Shown here: in pieces, positions 55,262 to 64,000 of the stretch
How the letters are laid out: every line of letters begins with the position of its first letter
How positions within the stretch are numbered: the stretch's first letter is position 1
NCBI GenBank assembly: GCA_963693365.1
Contig: CAVNZM010000011.1
Span: forward strand, 7,739,937-7,803,936
DNA: 64,000 nucleotides
Source: Amoebidium appalachense
Lineage: Eukaryota > Protista > Ichthyosporea
Reading direction: 5' to 3'
Notes under the pieces: model-generated
The model's input: only the letters and a program-made list of their open reading frames with translations
Database searches by the model: none
Told to the model about the DNA's origin: nothing
Program-made: the position numbers and the translations under genes

Positions 55262-56810
55262 TGGTGTGTGTATGTTTTCGGAAAAGGGGGGGGGGGGGGG
55301 GGGGGGGGGGGAGTAGTTGGTGAGGTAGGGTAAATGTTGTGGTTATGGGCAATGGCGGTATGAATGCTGGGCTTATAATCTGCCTTAGGACGTCAAGATT
55401 TTTGTTTTTGTTTTTAGGTGTGAATGCTGAGACGTATAACACCGAGTATTTTCATATGAATGACTGTTGATATTGGCGAATGTAGGACCTCATGTGCTAT
55501 GTATGTAGGTTGTATGTGTACTACATATCATTGGGTGCCTTATGATGTCAGATGGTGAATTTAGTATTAGTTTGGTTTGGCTGGTTGGCATGGTGACGTG
55601 TAACTGTGCAACCCCGGCATGTAAATTATGATGTAGTACCAAGCAAGTGACGGAATTACAACCTGGGCAGTGTTATGCCAGTTCTTTTTTACCCATGTAT
55701 GCCTGTGGCCGATCCCGCTTCACCAACCCCATGTGAAACCTTAGCACTGCAAAGCTTTATGGGGAGCTCCGTCTCTCGAGCTCAGTCCTTTTTGAATCCT
55801 CCTACCGTCTCATTGGTTGCATGTCATTCGTAACATCTTCCTCCAACCCTTCAGTGCTTCTTGCACATGATGTACACCCAGTTATCAGTTGCGGCGTAAT
55901 TTAGCCAACAGAACAGTGGCACACTTTGAACACTACATAACAGAGAAAATAACAAATTTACTATATTTACCACCTCATCCGGTATCCCTTACACGTGTGC
56001 ACGGGCCCCGTGTTTGCCTGCTACCAGTGCATGCAGCCGAATGGTGGCATGCCAGGCCTAGGTGCCGGTGTGAGCACAGAAAGCAATGTTGATACCCCAA
56101 CACATCAACTAAGATCTCTGGGGTGCACTTGCATGCGCATACAACACTTTCACAACACAACACAACCCCCCCCCCCCCCCCCCCCCCCCCCCCACCACCA
56201 CCACCCCCACCCACCCACCCACCCGCCCACCCAAGCCCGGTGATCCATTGCAATATGTACAAACAATTTGAATTGTGTACACATGTGGTCACCGTGCCCC
56301 CCTTCCCCCCTCCACCCCCAAGCTTCCCCCCTCCACCTACCCCCCAGCGGCCCCCAACAAACAACACCAACAACAACAAAAAAAAAAAAGAAAAGAAAAA
56401 GAAAAGAAAAAGAAACGAAAAACATGGCCCCCACCAATACACATGCACGTACCATTACTGCCACCCATGTGAACCTACCCACCAACGTACGTCACCCAGA
56501 CCATCACCGTTTCCATGGCCACCACAAGAAACGCAAAAAAGAAACCGAACAATGAGAGAAGAACGAGTCCATTATTGGAGATCTGTGTAGAGAGAATGAA
56601 AAAGAAAGGCAAAAGGCCACCGTGATCACAACCACGTGTACAATCAATGAACCTGGGTCACCCCCGTATATTTGGATCATAATGGGGCACCAAATGATAC
56701 TGCCATCTCAGAAATTGTGTGCCTTCCAACTGCCCTCAGTAATGTGCTGACGTGGCCGCAGCCGGAGGAGATGGGGTACATAACGTACGTACACACGTAC
56801 CGGGCTTTTT

Positions 56811-56868
<58 letters not shown>

Positions 56869-57383
56869 GGGGGGGAGGGGGGGGGGATAAGAACATGTAG
56901 GACATGTACAGTGTTTATTATTCGGTGTCTGATGCACCTTCCTAGGCCATATAAATTACACATAGAATGCAGCTGCAGCAGATGATTTATGAATAATGAA
57001 CATAAGTATCTACACATGTACACCCTGTTTGCATGCTAAATATATTGTGGCGGCACCAAGTACAACCAGTGTCTGTAAACTAAACATTCAAAAAGTGCTT
57101 ATGTCTACGTGTGCACGTGTGCATGTAATAATAGTATACAACCGCTTACATGCTTCAGATAGCCACACCAGGACCCATGGTCAATAGCAATTATACTTGG
57201 GACGCACCATACAAAGCAACAGACACACCACCATGCCAGGCCCAAACTAAAATATCCAAGGCCATGCCAGCCACACAACAGGCCACACCCCATATCAACA
57301 CTGTCCATGTGTGCACCCACAAGAGGCATGCATTTCCGTACATGGGTACCCAGCCCACACCAAAACATCGTGCCCCCCCCCCA

Positions 57384-63889
<6,506 letters not shown>

Positions 63890-64000
63890 GATGGAAGCGG
63901 ATTACTGAAATTGTGTTCGTGCAAATTGCCTGTTTGGGGGCCCCGTAGGAGTATATGTGTGGGGGCTAAGTTATATCAACTGAGGCCTAAACACCTACAC

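Overview
Intron-rich eukaryotic DNA with very dense (CA/GT)n and poly(C)/poly(G) tracts, so most ORF-track entries are artefacts. No database searches were run: gene calls rest on motif recognition plus exons that splice in frame at GT..AG sites. Spliced genes reconstructed: an Anp1/Mnn9-like glycosyltransferase (+, 5' end not found), COX7A (+), a DUF2431/BMT5-like rRNA methyltransferase (-), a short unknown gene (+), SRP9 (-), RAD23 (-), a FANCF-like gene head-to-head with RAD23 (+), and a secernin/peptidase C69 gene (-). tRNA-Leu(TAA) is also present. Mobile DNA: an intact piggyBac transposase ORF, a Ty3/gypsy element with identical LTRs but a ruined interior, a Mutator-like transposase pseudogene, a hAT-type MITE (8-bp TSD), a piggyBac-type MITE (TTAA TSD) and several minisatellites. 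The most novel candidate is a dispersed, 5'-truncated repeat family whose copies end at a shared motif adjoining poly(C) tracts, possibly a poly(C)-targeting or poly(C)-tailed retroposon. The gene mix suggests a unicellular opisthokont such as an ichthyosporean (inference only).
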